From the NCBI GenBank assembly GCA_951406725.2, contig OX597834.1, positions 46,624,001 through 46,688,000 on the forward strand: a DNA stretch of 64,000 bases. Direction: 5' to 3'. The notes below the pieces were generated by a model. That model had not been told where the DNA came from, searched no databases, and saw only the letters and a list, made by a program, of their open reading frames with translations. Of this stretch, positions 52,966 to 64,000 are shown one piece after another. The position numbers were made by a program, and so were the translations under genes. The DNA comes from Octopus vulgaris (lineage: Eukaryota). Each line of letters opens with the position of its first letter. The stretch's first letter is position 1.

Positions 52966-53275
52966 AAGAGTTATATGAATGTGCATGGTTTACTGGTTAG
53001 GGAGTTGCACTCACGATTGCGAGATCGTGGGTTCAATTCTCAAACTGGGCATTGCATTGTGTTCTTGAGCAAAGCACTTCATTTCATGTTGCTCGGTGAT
53101 CATTTCGACATCTGACATGTGGCACCCAGCTGCACCTGTACAGGTAATGTCGATTTGATGGAGAGAGTGAGCTTATGTCTACACAAACATTTGATCATTA
53201 TAAACAGATCATCTGTGTGGTTGTCTGGTAAGAAATTGTCAAACCGCCATACACCATCTAACGACAGGAGAGTCC

Positions 53276-53319
<44 letters not shown>

Positions 53320-53392
53320 CACATATATATAGTATCTGTATATATTTTCACTTATATATTTATACGTACATGATGATGATGATATACATATA

Positions 53393-54219
53393 TTCTTTTA
53401 CTCTTTTACTTGTTTCAGTTATTTGACTGCAGCCATGCTGGAGCACCGCCTTTAGTTGAGCAAATCGACCCCAGGACTTATTCTTTGTAAGCCTAGTACT
53501 TATTCTATCGGTCGCTTTTGGCGAACTGCTAGGTTACGGGGACGTAAACACACCAGCTTCGGTTGTCAAGTGATGTTGGGGGGGACAAAAACACACACAC
53601 ACATATATGATGGGCTTATTTCAGTTTCCGTCTTCCAAATCCACTCACAAGGCTTTGGTCAGCCCAAGGCTATAGTAGAGGACACTTGCCCAAGATGCCA
53701 CGCAGTGGGACTGAACCCGGAGCAATGTGGTTGGTAAGCAAGCTACTTACCACACAGCCACTCCTGTGCCTATTATATATGTATAAAGTCTGCATAAAGA
53801 AGTGTCGATCTCTAACTGTAGAGGGAACCTGTGGAAGAGGTAGACCCAGGAAGACATGGGATAAAGTGGTGAAATATGATCCTTGGATGTTGAGTCTCAC
53901 AGAGATGATGAAAAGTGATCAATGCCAAGTAAAATCATAGTCATGGCCAGTGGCATGTGAAAGGCACACACTACACTCTTGGAGTGGTAGGTCTTAGGAA
54001 GGGCATCCAGTCATAGACACCAAGACAAATCAGGCTGGAGTCTGGTACAGCCCTTCGGCTTACCTGTTCCAGGAAAACCTTCTAACCCATGCCAACATGG
54101 AAAACGGATGCTAAATGATGATGATATCCAGGACGCACACATATTTATTCATGCATAAATGGTAGAAAGCTGGACAAGGAGATTATAAATATGCACACAC
54201 TCACACACTATCTATCTAT

Positions 54220-54257
<38 letters not shown>

Positions 54258-55320
54258 TAAATACATACATACATAGACTCTTTTACTCTTTTACTTGTTT
54301 CAGTCATTTGACTGTGGCCATGCTGGAGCACCGCCTTTAGTCAAGCAAATCAACCCCAGGGCCTATTCTTTGTAAGCCTAGTACTTATTCTATCGGTCTC
54401 TTTTGCTGAACCGCTAATGTTACGGGGACATAAACACACAAGCGATGTTGGAGGGACAAACACAGACACACAAACATATACAAACAAATCTACTCACAAG
54501 GCTTTGGTCAGCCCAAGGCTATAGTAGAAGATACTTGCCCAAGGTGCCACGCAGTGGGACTGAACCCGGAACCATGTGGTTCGTAAGCAAGCTACTTACC
54601 AAACAGCCACTCCTCCTCATCATCATCATCATCGTTTAACGTCCGCTTTCCATGCTACCATGGGTTGGACGGTTCAACTGGGGTCTGGGAAGCCCGAAGG
54701 CTGCACCAGGCTCCAGTCAGATCTGGCAGTGTTTCTACGGCTGGATGCCCTTCCTAACGCCAACCACTCCGTGAGTGTAGTGGGTGCTTTTTATATGCCA
54801 CCAACACAGGTGCCAGACGAGGCTGGCGAACGGCCACGCTCGGATGGTGCTTTTTACGTGCCACCAGCACGGTGGCCAGGCAAGGATGGTGTCTGTTACG
54901 TGCCACCAGCACGGAGGCCAGTCAATGCGGTGCTGGCTACGCCTATATATATAAATCTTATATTTTTTACTTGTTTCAGTCTTTTGACTGTTGCCATACT
55001 GGGGCATCTCCTTGAAGGGTTTTAATTGGGCAACACAAACCCAGTACTCTTTTTTTTTTAAAGCCTGGTACTTATTCTATCAGTCTCCCTTGCTGAACCA
55101 CTAAGTTACAGGGATGTAAATAAACCCAACACCAGTTGTCAAGTAGTGCTGTGTAATAAACACAAGTACACACACACATACATGATGGACTTCTTTCAGT
55201 TTCTGTCTATCAAATCCACTCACAAGGTTTTGATCAATCCTGGGCTATAGTAGAAGCCATTTGCCCATGGTGCCACACAGGAGGACTGAACCCAGAACTC
55301 TGTGCTTAAGAAACAAACTT
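53393..55320. mobile_element. Alternating family A SINEs (-: 53393-53768, 54278-54612, 54963-55320) and RTE 3' fragments (+: 53785-54125; -: 54615-54945)
   Basis: KKCRSLTVEGTCGRGRPRKTWDKVVK matches the RTE ORF C-terminus; (GAT)n tails. Confidence 0.85.
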
Positions 55321-55330
55321 CAAACTTCTT

Positions 55331-55635
55331 CAGTTCTATATTTAAGACATGAGGAAGAATTGTGTACATTATTTACATTTGATAGATATTTGTCCTCATC
55401 TTGTTTATTGTTAACACAACGTTTCAGCTGATATACCCTCCAGCCTTCATCAGGTGACTTAGGGAATTTTTGAACCTGGGTTCTCATTCCTAAGGTATTT
55501 TTCGATGTTATTATTATTAAGGTCACTGCCTGCAATTGAACTCAGAATCTCGGGGTTAGTAGCCCGTGTTCTTAACCACTACGCCATAAGATGAGGACAA
55601 ATATCTGTCAAATATAAATAATGTAAATAATGTTC
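55331..55635 (-). mobile_element. tRNA-headed SINE-like element carrying a hammerhead, with an inverted copy of its tail at the 5' end
   Basis: Minus strand: A box TGGCGTAGTGG (55586-55576), B box GTTCAATTG (55541-55533), hammerhead 55456-55415; 55587-55635 is the inverse of 55357-55403. Confidence 0.75.
55415..55456 (-). ncRNA. Minimal type-I hammerhead ribozyme, canonical core
   Basis: CAC-CTGATGA-A-GGCTG-GAGGGTATAT-CAGCT-GAAAC-GTT-GTG; palindromic AACGTT in place of stem III. Confidence 0.8.
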
Positions 55636-55930
55636 AGGGCAAGTGTCTTCTACTATAGCCTCAGGCCAACCAAAGTCTTGAGAGTGGATTTGGTAGACGG
55701 AAACAGAAAGAAGCCTGTCGTATATGTATGTGTCTGTGTTTGTCCCCCTCCCCATCGCTTGACAACCAATGTTGCTGTGTTTACATTTCCATAGCTTAGC
55801 GGTTCAGCAAAACAGACTGATAGAATAAGTACTAGGCTTACAAAGAATAAGTCCTGTGGTTGATTTGTTCGACTAAAAGGCAGTGCTCAGCATGGCTGCA
55901 ATCAAATGACTGAAACAAATAAAAGAATAG
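55636..55930 (+). mobile_element. SINE family A, 5'-truncated
   Basis: Starts at GGGCAAGTGTCTTCTACTATAG. Confidence 0.85.
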
Positions 55931-56680
55931 AATATATAGTGTATACATAAGAGTACCACCTTTTAGCATGCATGTGCTGAAGCTAATACAGCCAACCTAA
56001 AGAATGTTTTGGCAAAAGTGCAGATAATTTTTAACTTCCCCTTGTACACATATTGTTTGTTCCTTCTTGAGCCATGCCTGTCTCATAAGGGCCAGTTTCC
56101 TGGTCCGTCACAGGTGAGCTGCAAGATGCAGGAGGAAAGAGTAAGAGAAAGTTGTGGCAAAAGAGTCAGCCGGAGTTTGCCATTACTTTCTGCCGGAGCC
56201 GCGTGGAGCTTAGGTGTTTCGCTCATAAACACACACATCGCCCGGTCTGAGATTCGGACCTGCCGTCCCTCGACCACGAGTCCGCTGCTCTAACCACTAG
56301 GCCATGTGCCTTCACTTGTATACATATATATTTATACAGACATACATACATGAACACATGCACACACAAACACACAAACATACATATATATACATTTCAC
56401 AGTATCAACTAAAGCATTGGATATTGTTATACATTGTTGGTCACCATGTGCTTCACATTGTTTTAGCTTTTGAATGATGCCACCCCAATGGCCATACGTG
56501 CAAGCCATCATGGTGGTTCCATCACAGAGTTTTACCCATTTACAGCTGACTGAACTGTGAACTGGAAGAACGAGAAATGAAGTGTTTTGCTCAAGAACAC
56601 AATGTACCACCCTGTCTCGAAATTGAAACTATGATCTAGCATTTGTGAGTGCAATATCCTAACCACTAGGTCACTTGCCA

Positions 56681-56712
<32 letters not shown>

Positions 56713-57088
56713 TCATGTAGTTATGTAGTTGATTTCTCTGTGTCATTCCATCAGTCTGTGAGTGTATCTAATTACCCTTGTTAATTACATCTCCTTCATA
56801 TATTTACATGAGAACATACATCAACACTCATTGTTTTACTGATATTCAACCCCTCCCCCCCCCCCGGCTCATTCTTACTCTCCTTCTTACTCTCACTCTC
56901 ACTTTCTTTCTCTGTCTCTCTCTCTTTCTAATTTTGTCTGTCTCTCTCACTCTCCTTCCTCAGAGAACACACTCGCACCACACCCAGCCCCACCACTCAC
57001 TCTTTGTAGATATTGATCCAATTTACTTTCCAGAATATATAAACATATAAACACACGAATATATACACATAAATACATGCTTATAGAT

Positions 57089-57144
<56 letters not shown>

Positions 57145-57187
57145 GCATGTATGTGATTGTATGTATTTATGTGTGTGTAATGTCTGC

Positions 57188-57229
<42 letters not shown>

Positions 57230-57232
<3 letters not shown>

Positions 57233-60223
57233 TCTGGTGAGATAGTCGAGATGCTTGAACGGAGATGTGTGGATATATGTTGCATGCAAGAAATAAGGTG
57301 GAGAGGAGGATCAGCTAGGTTCCTCACAGGCAAGGAACGCAGGTACAAGATTTTCTGGGCAGGGAATACTGACGGGGTTGGTGGCGTGGGTATACTTATC
57401 GCTGAGAAATGGGTAGATAAAGTAATTGAGGTAATCAGAGTAAGTGACAGAATACTTAAGATTAGATTAGTGCTTCATCATAGTTTAGCAACCATTATAT
57501 CAGCCTATGCTCCTCAGTCGGGGCTACCCGATGGACAGAAAGACCGATTCTATGACACTCTACTGCAGACTACCTCATTGACGAACGACAGAGACCTTAT
57601 CTTTGTGGCTGGTGACTTCAATGGTCACGTTGGACGACATGCTGGGGGCTTCCATGGCGTACATGGAGGCTACGGCTATGGCTCCCGCAACGAGGAGGGA
57701 ACCAGGCTGCTGGAGTTCTGCGATGCAAATAATCTTATGATTTGCAACACTAACTTCAGGAAACCTACCAGCCACCTAGTCACTTACCAATCGGGCCAAC
57801 ATACCAGCCAAATTGACTACATCCTTACAAGGCAAAGGGAGAGATGGCTGCTTATAAATGCCAAAACCTTCCCAGGTGAAGAATGTACCCCACAACATAG
57901 ACTGGTAGTTAGTGACTTTAGGATCAGGACTAGGAGGACAACCAGAAGACGACAAATATGGAGAAGAAGGATCTGGAAGCTTAAAGATCCTGCAAATGGA
58001 CAGAGATTTAGGGACATATTACTTGAAGCCTCTGACGAAGTAGAAGGGGATAGAGCATCACAGGGGGTAGAAGACAGCTGGACGTTTCTAAGGGACAACC
58101 TGCTGAGAGCCACTGACCAGATCTGTGGCTGGTGCAAAGTCCCCTCTCGACCTAGAATAACGTGGTGGTGGAACAATATTGTAGACAGGGCTATTAGAGA
58201 AAAGAGACAGGCTTGGAAGGTCTGGAAAAATGGGGGTAGCAGGGAATTGTATCAGACTGCCAAAAGAGAAGCTAGGAGACAGGTTTATTTAGCCAGAGGG
58301 GAAGCAGATAAGAAAAAATTTGCCAATGTTCTGCGCCGTGAGGACCAAAGACTGGAGGTGTTTCGTGTTGCAAGACAGTGTGTGAGAGAGAATCGTGATG
58401 TGGTAGGAGAGAAGTGTGTTCGCATGGAAGATGGTTCACTTGCGCTAAATGAGGATGCAAAGAGAGAGGTTTGGAGATGCCACTATGAAAGGTTGCTGAA
58501 TGAAGAAAATGAATGGGATAAAGAGAGTCTGCCGAATGTTGACCCAACAGAGGGACCAGCTATCCGAGTTGATAGTTCTGTGGTAGCTAAGGCAATTAGA
58601 AGCATGAAGACAGGGAAAGCCCCAGGCCCATCAGGAATCACTGCAGAGATGCTCAAAATGTCTGGTAGTGTCGGCTATAGCCTAGTCACCCATATAGTTA
58701 ATCAGGTGATACACAAAGGGGTCATACCCAATGACTGGTGTAGCAGTATAATAGTCAACTGCTACAAAGGTAAAGGTGATGCCCTAGATACAAACAACTA
58801 CAGAGGTATCAAGCTGTTGGACCAGGTGATGAAGGTTACGGAGAGGGTCATAGCCCAACTAATTAGAGAGAGAGTTAGTTTAGATGAGATGCAGTTTGGG
58901 TTTGTGCCAGGGAAAAGTACTACTGATGCTATATTCCTGGTAAGGCAGCTGCAGGAGAAATACCTAGCCAAAGATAAGCCCCTGTACCTGGCTTTTGTTG
59001 ACATGGAGAAAGCCTTCGACAGGGTCCCCCGATCCCTTATCTGGTGGGCAATGAGAAAACTAGGGATAGATGAATGGTTAGTGAGAGCTGTGCGGGCCAT
59101 GTATAGGGACGCCGCTAGTAGGGTGAGGGTTGGAAATGAGTATAGTGAAGAATTCCGGGTAGAGGTAGGGGTCCACCAAGGCTCAGTACTCAGCCCCCTC
59201 CTATTTATCATAGTCCTCCAGGCAATAACGGAGGAATTCAAGACAGGATGCCCTTGGGAGCTCCTCTATGCTGATGACCTTGCTCTAATTGCTGAGTCGC
59301 TATCAGAACTGGAGGAGAAGTTTCAGGTGTGGAAACAAGGATTAGAATCGAAGGGCCTCAGAGTCAATCTAGCTAAAACCAAAGTCGTAATCAGTAGGAA
59401 GGTAGACAAATCACAAACACCTTCAGGTAGATGGCCCTGCTCGATCTGTAGAAAAGGTGTAGGTAGAAACTCTATAAGATGCACCAAGTGTAAGCTATGG
59501 ACACATAAGAGATGCAGCAATGTCAAAGGAAGGCTAACTAGGAAGATGGTTTTTGTATGTGGCAGATGCTCAGGAACAATAAACACTGAAAATGCTCTGA
59601 GACCAACTTCTGTCACTTTCCAGGGAGAAAAACTAGAAATAGTTGATAGTTTCCGTTACCTAGGTGACCAAGTCAGCAGCGGGGGCGGGTGTGCTGAAAG
59701 TGTAACTGCTAGAGTAAGAATAGCTTGGGCAAAGTTCAGAGAGCTCTTACCTCTGCTGGTGACAAAAGGCCTCTCGCACAGAGTGAAAGGCAGACTGTAT
59801 GATGCGTGTGTACGAACAGCCATGCTACATGGCAGTGAAACATGGGCCGTGACTGCTGAGGATATGCGTAAGCTCGCTAGAAATGAAGCCAGTATGCTCC
59901 GATGGATGTGTAATGCCAGTACTCACACTCGGCAGAGTGTAAGTACCTTGAGAGAAAAGCTGGACCTAAGAAGCATCAGTTGTGGTGTGCAAGAGAGACG
60001 TTTGCGCTGGTATGGTCATGTGGCGAGAATGGATGAAGATAGTTGTGTGAAAAAGTGCCACACCCTAGCGGTTGAGGGAACCTGTGGAAGAGGCAGACCC
60101 AGGAAAACCTGGGACGAGGTGGTGAAGCACGACCTTCGAACTTTAGGTCTCACCGAGGAAATGACTAGAGACCGAGACCTCTGGAAGTGTGCTGTGCGCG
60201 AGAAGACCCGGCAGGACAAGTGA
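57230..60223 (+). CDS. RTE endonuclease-reverse transcriptase with PHD-type finger (open frame; N-terminal EN motif missing)
   Basis: DICCMQE, SAYAPQ, GDFNGHVG, QIDYIL, QHRLVV; NYRGIKLL, DMEKAFDRV, GVHQGSVLSP, YADD (59267), FRYLG, GSETW, RLRWYGHV, RGRPRKTW. First in-element ATG at 57251; the first 51 aa in the track are microsatellite-derived. Confidence 0.93.
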
Positions 60224-60833
60224 GTCCACAACCCGTGGCCTTCTACATGGGATGGAGCCAGCCTACGTATGCATACCTTCCCTTCTTGGGACACAAAACT
60301 CTACTTGTGAAGACGTGTTGAGGCAAGTGAGGATCAGAATCGAAATCGATCAATGGAAATTGCGGATGTGCTACCAGTGCCGGTGGCATGTCGAAACTCT
60401 GCTTGTGAAGACCCATTGAGGCAAGTGAGGATCAGAATCGAAATCGATCAATGGAAATCGATCAATGGAAATTGGAGATGTGTTACCAGTGCCGGTGGCA
60501 TGTAAGAGAACCTTCCGTTTCGCGACCGTTGCCAGCACCGCCCCGTTTCGTGTTCGTTGCCAGCCTCGCCTGGCCCTCGTGCCGGTGGCACATAAAAAAC
60601 ACCATCCGTTCGTGGCCGTTTGCCAGCTCTGGCTGGCACCAGTGCGGGTGGCACGTAAAAAGCACCCACTACACTCACGGAGTGGTTGGCGTTAGGAAGG
60701 GCATCCAGCCGTAGAAACACTGCCAGATTTGACTGGGCCTGATGAAGCCTTCTGGCTTCACAGACCCCAGCAGAACCGTCCAACCCATGCTAGCATGGAA
60801 AACGGACGCTAAATGATGATGATGATGATGATG
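57230..60833 (+). mobile_element. RTE-clade LINE, slightly 5'-truncated, (GAT)n tail
   Basis: Single EN-RT ORF, ~600-bp 3' UTR with internal repeats, (TA)n on both sides. Confidence 0.95.
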
Positions 60834-61341
60834 ATATATATATATATATATATATATTTATACATATAGATGCATTTGTGTGCATATGCCTATTTTTCTG
60901 TGTGTCTATCTGCCTGTCTGTCTGCCTGTCTGTCTCTCTCTCTGTCTGTCTATCTCTCTATCTATCTCTCTATCTATCTCTCTATCTATCTGTCTGCATG
61001 AGTGATTGTGTGTAGTTTTACATATGTGTGCATGGATTTGTATATGTATGTAATTGTACACATTTGTGTTTATTTGTGTGTGTGTGTGTGTGTGTGTGTA
61101 TCATTGTGTTTGTAATATCTTCATTAATTTATAAAGATAACCTTTTCCTTTATTGCTTCCTGCCATAAAGACTCTTCTTCCTCTTCTTCCCTATCCTTTT
61201 CCACTATCAAGTGCCCTCCCCACCTCTTCCAGCCCCTGCCAATCAACCCACACCCACTTCCACTGACATACATTTTGTATTCATCATCAAAATTCAATCA
61301 CACACACACACACACACACAAACAAACATAGACACACAATG

Positions 61342-61385
<44 letters not shown>

Positions 61386-61722
61386 ATGTATTTAGGCACA
61401 CACACACACTCACTGTGTGATTGGTTGTTTTGATTGTTGAATCTATATTGCCTTTTCTATTTATATAAAATTTTCACTTGCAGACCTCCTCTTTTACTTC
61501 CTTCGTGTGTGTGTGTTTATGTATGTATATATGTGTATATATAAGTGTCAATATATAGTATGTGTGTATGTTTGTTTATGTATACATACTATAATACTTC
61601 CATCTATGATTATATAAGTATACATGCACTCATTTTAAAATATATATATGTGTGTGTGTGTGTTTGTGTGTATATCTATATATATGTACGTGTATGTATA
61701 TATAATTATGTAATTAAATATA

Positions 61723-64000
61723 TAGGTACACTCACAGGCAAGGAACACAGGTACACTCACAGGCAAGGAACACGGGTACAAGATTTTCTGGGCAGGGAAC
61801 ACTGACAGGGTCGGGGGCATGGGTATACTTCTTGCGGAGAAATGGGTAGATAAGGTAATCGAGGTAGTCAGAGTAAGTGACAGAGTAATTAAAATTAGAT
61901 TAGTCCTTCACCATAGGTCAGCTACCATCATCTCGGCATATGCCCCTCAACCAGGGCTACCGGAAGGACAAAAAGACCAATTCTATAACACCCTATTGCG
62001 GACTACCTCGTTGACAAATGACTGACCTTCTCTTCGTGGCAGGTGATTTCAATGGACATGTTGGACGGCATGTCGGGGGCTTCCATGGCGTTCATGGAGG
62101 CTACGGTTTTGGCTCTCGTAATGAGGAGGGAACCAGGCTGCTGGAGTTCTGCGATGCAAATGACCTTATGGTCTGCAATACCAACTTCAGGAAACCCACC
62201 TCTCACCTAGTCACCTACCGTTCTGGCAGACACACTAGCCAGATTGACTACATCCTTGCCAGAAAAAGGGTAAGAGGGCTGCTTATAAATGCCAAAACCT
62301 TTCCAGGCGAAGAATGTACTCCTCAACATAGATTAGTAGTTAGCGACTTCAGGATCAGAGCTAAATGGTTGCCCAGAAGAAGACCAGCTTGGAGGAGAAG
62401 GGTCTGGAAGCTTAAAGATCCTGCAAATGGACAGAGATTTAGAGACATACTACTCGAAGCCTTTGACGAAATAGAAGGGGATATAGCTTCACTTAATGTG
62501 GAAGACAACTGGAGATTTCTACGGGACAATCTGCTGACAGCCACTGACCAGATCTGTGGATGGAGCAAAGTACCATCTCGACCCAGAGTAACATGGTGGT
62601 GGAACACTGTGGTTGAGAGGGCTATTAGACAAAAGAGACAGGCTTGGAAGGACTGGAAGAACGGTGGTAGCAGGGAATTGTATCAGACAGCCAGAAGGGA
62701 AGCTAGGAGACAGGTTTATTTAGCCAGAGGGGAAGCGGATAAGAAAAATTTGCCAATGTTCTGAGCCGTGAGGATGAAAGACTTGAGGTATTTCGGGTTG
62801 CAAGACAGTGTGTGAGAGATAATCGTGATGTGGTAGGAGAGAAATGTGTTCGCATGGATGATGGTTCACTTGCGCTAAATGAGGATGCAAAGAGAGAGGT
62901 TTGGAGATGCCACTATGAAAGGTTGCTGAATAAAGAAAATGAATGGGATAAAGAGAGTCTGCCGAATGTCAACCCAACAGAGGGACCAGCCATCCGAGTT
63001 GAAAATTCTTGGTAGTTAAAGCAATTAGAAGCATGAAGACAGGGAAAGCCCCAGGCCCATCAGGAATTACTGCAGAGATGCTCAAAATATCTGGCAGTGT
63101 CGGCTATAACCTAGTCACACGTATAGTCAACCAGGTGATGCACGAAGGAGTCACACCCAATGACTGGTGTAGCAGCATACTAGTCAACTGCTTCAAAGGT
63201 AAAGGTGATGTCCTAGATACAAATAATTACAGAGGTATCAAGCTGTTGGATCAGGACAATGAAGGTTTCGGAGAGGGTCATAGCCCAACTAATTAGAGAG
63301 AGAGTTAGTTTAGATGAGATGCAGTTTGGGTTCGTGCCAGGGAAAAGTACCACTGATGCTATATTCCTGGTAAGGCAGCTGCAGGAGAAATACCTAGCCA
63401 AAGATAAGCCCCTGTACCTGGCTTTCGTTGACATGGAGAAAGCCTTTGATAGGGTCCCCCGATCCCTTATCTGGTGGTCAATGAGGAAACTAGGGATAGA
63501 TGAATGGCTGGTGACGGTTGTGAAAGCCATGTACAGAGATGCAGTAAGTAAGGTTAGGGTTGGCAACATGTACACAGAAGAATTCAAAGTAGAGGTTGGG
63601 GTCCACCAGGGTTCAGTACTCAGCCCCCTCCTATTTATCATAGTCCTCCAGGCAATTACGGAGGAATTCAAGACAGGTTGCCCCTGGGAGCTCCTCTATG
63701 CTGACGACCTTGCTCTAATTGCTGAGTCACTATCAGAACTGGAGGAGAAGTTCCAGGTGTGGAAGGAGGGTTTAGAAACGAGGGGCCTTAGAGTCAACCT
63801 AGCTAAAACCAAAGTACTAATAAGTAGGAAGGTAGACAATCCACAAGTGTCTTCAGGAAGATGGCCCTGCTCGATCTGTAGAAAAGGTGTAGGTAGAAAC
63901 TCTATAAGATGTACCCAGTGTAAGCTATGGACACATAAGAGGTGCAGCAATGTCAAAGGTAGGCTAACTGGGAAGATAGTTTTTGTATGTGGCAGATGCT
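61723..64000 (+). pseudogene. Second RTE LINE copy, frameshifted, running off the window end
   Basis: Collinear with about 57320-59570; frame breaks near 62022, 62750, 63010 and 63255. Confidence 0.93.

Noticed and set aside
57077-57229. N-terminal 51 aa of the 1048-aa ORF
   Set aside because: Derived from (CA)n/(TA)n flanking DNA, not part of the RTE protein.

Overview
Repeat-saturated, AT-rich eukaryotic intergenic or intronic DNA with no supportable host protein-coding gene. The tRNA-derived SINE families and (TA)n/(TATG)n/(CA)n microsatellite load look like octopus (coleoid cephalopod) DNA; this is an inference, not a database result. Main contents: a near full-length Tx1/L1-clade LINE (2459-7866; intact ORF1, frameshifted ORF2); a Penelope-like element (RT + GIY-YIG, 18260-21475); a non-autonomous Gypsy-type LTR element with a tRNA-Leu PBS and no RT catalytic core (21525-24788); two RTE LINEs (57230-60833 with an open ORF of about 1000 codons; 61723-64000 disrupted), both with a PHD-type finger inside the RT; fragments of CR1, R4/Dong and Tx1 LINEs; foldback MITEs; and dozens of SINEs. 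The most notable non-obvious signals are: (1) at least a dozen minimal type-I hammerhead ribozyme motifs, including C3:G8, U3:A8 and G3:C8 variants of the core pair, many in small palindromic Penelope-type modules; (2) a tRNA-headed SINE carrying a hammerhead and a Penelope-style inverted end (55331-55635); (3) a SINE subfamily whose 3' tail and stem-loop match the 3' end of the Tx1 LINE. Most ORFs in the supplied track are microsatellite or antisense artefacts. All alignments and counts were done by eye, and boundaries of decayed repeats are approximate.
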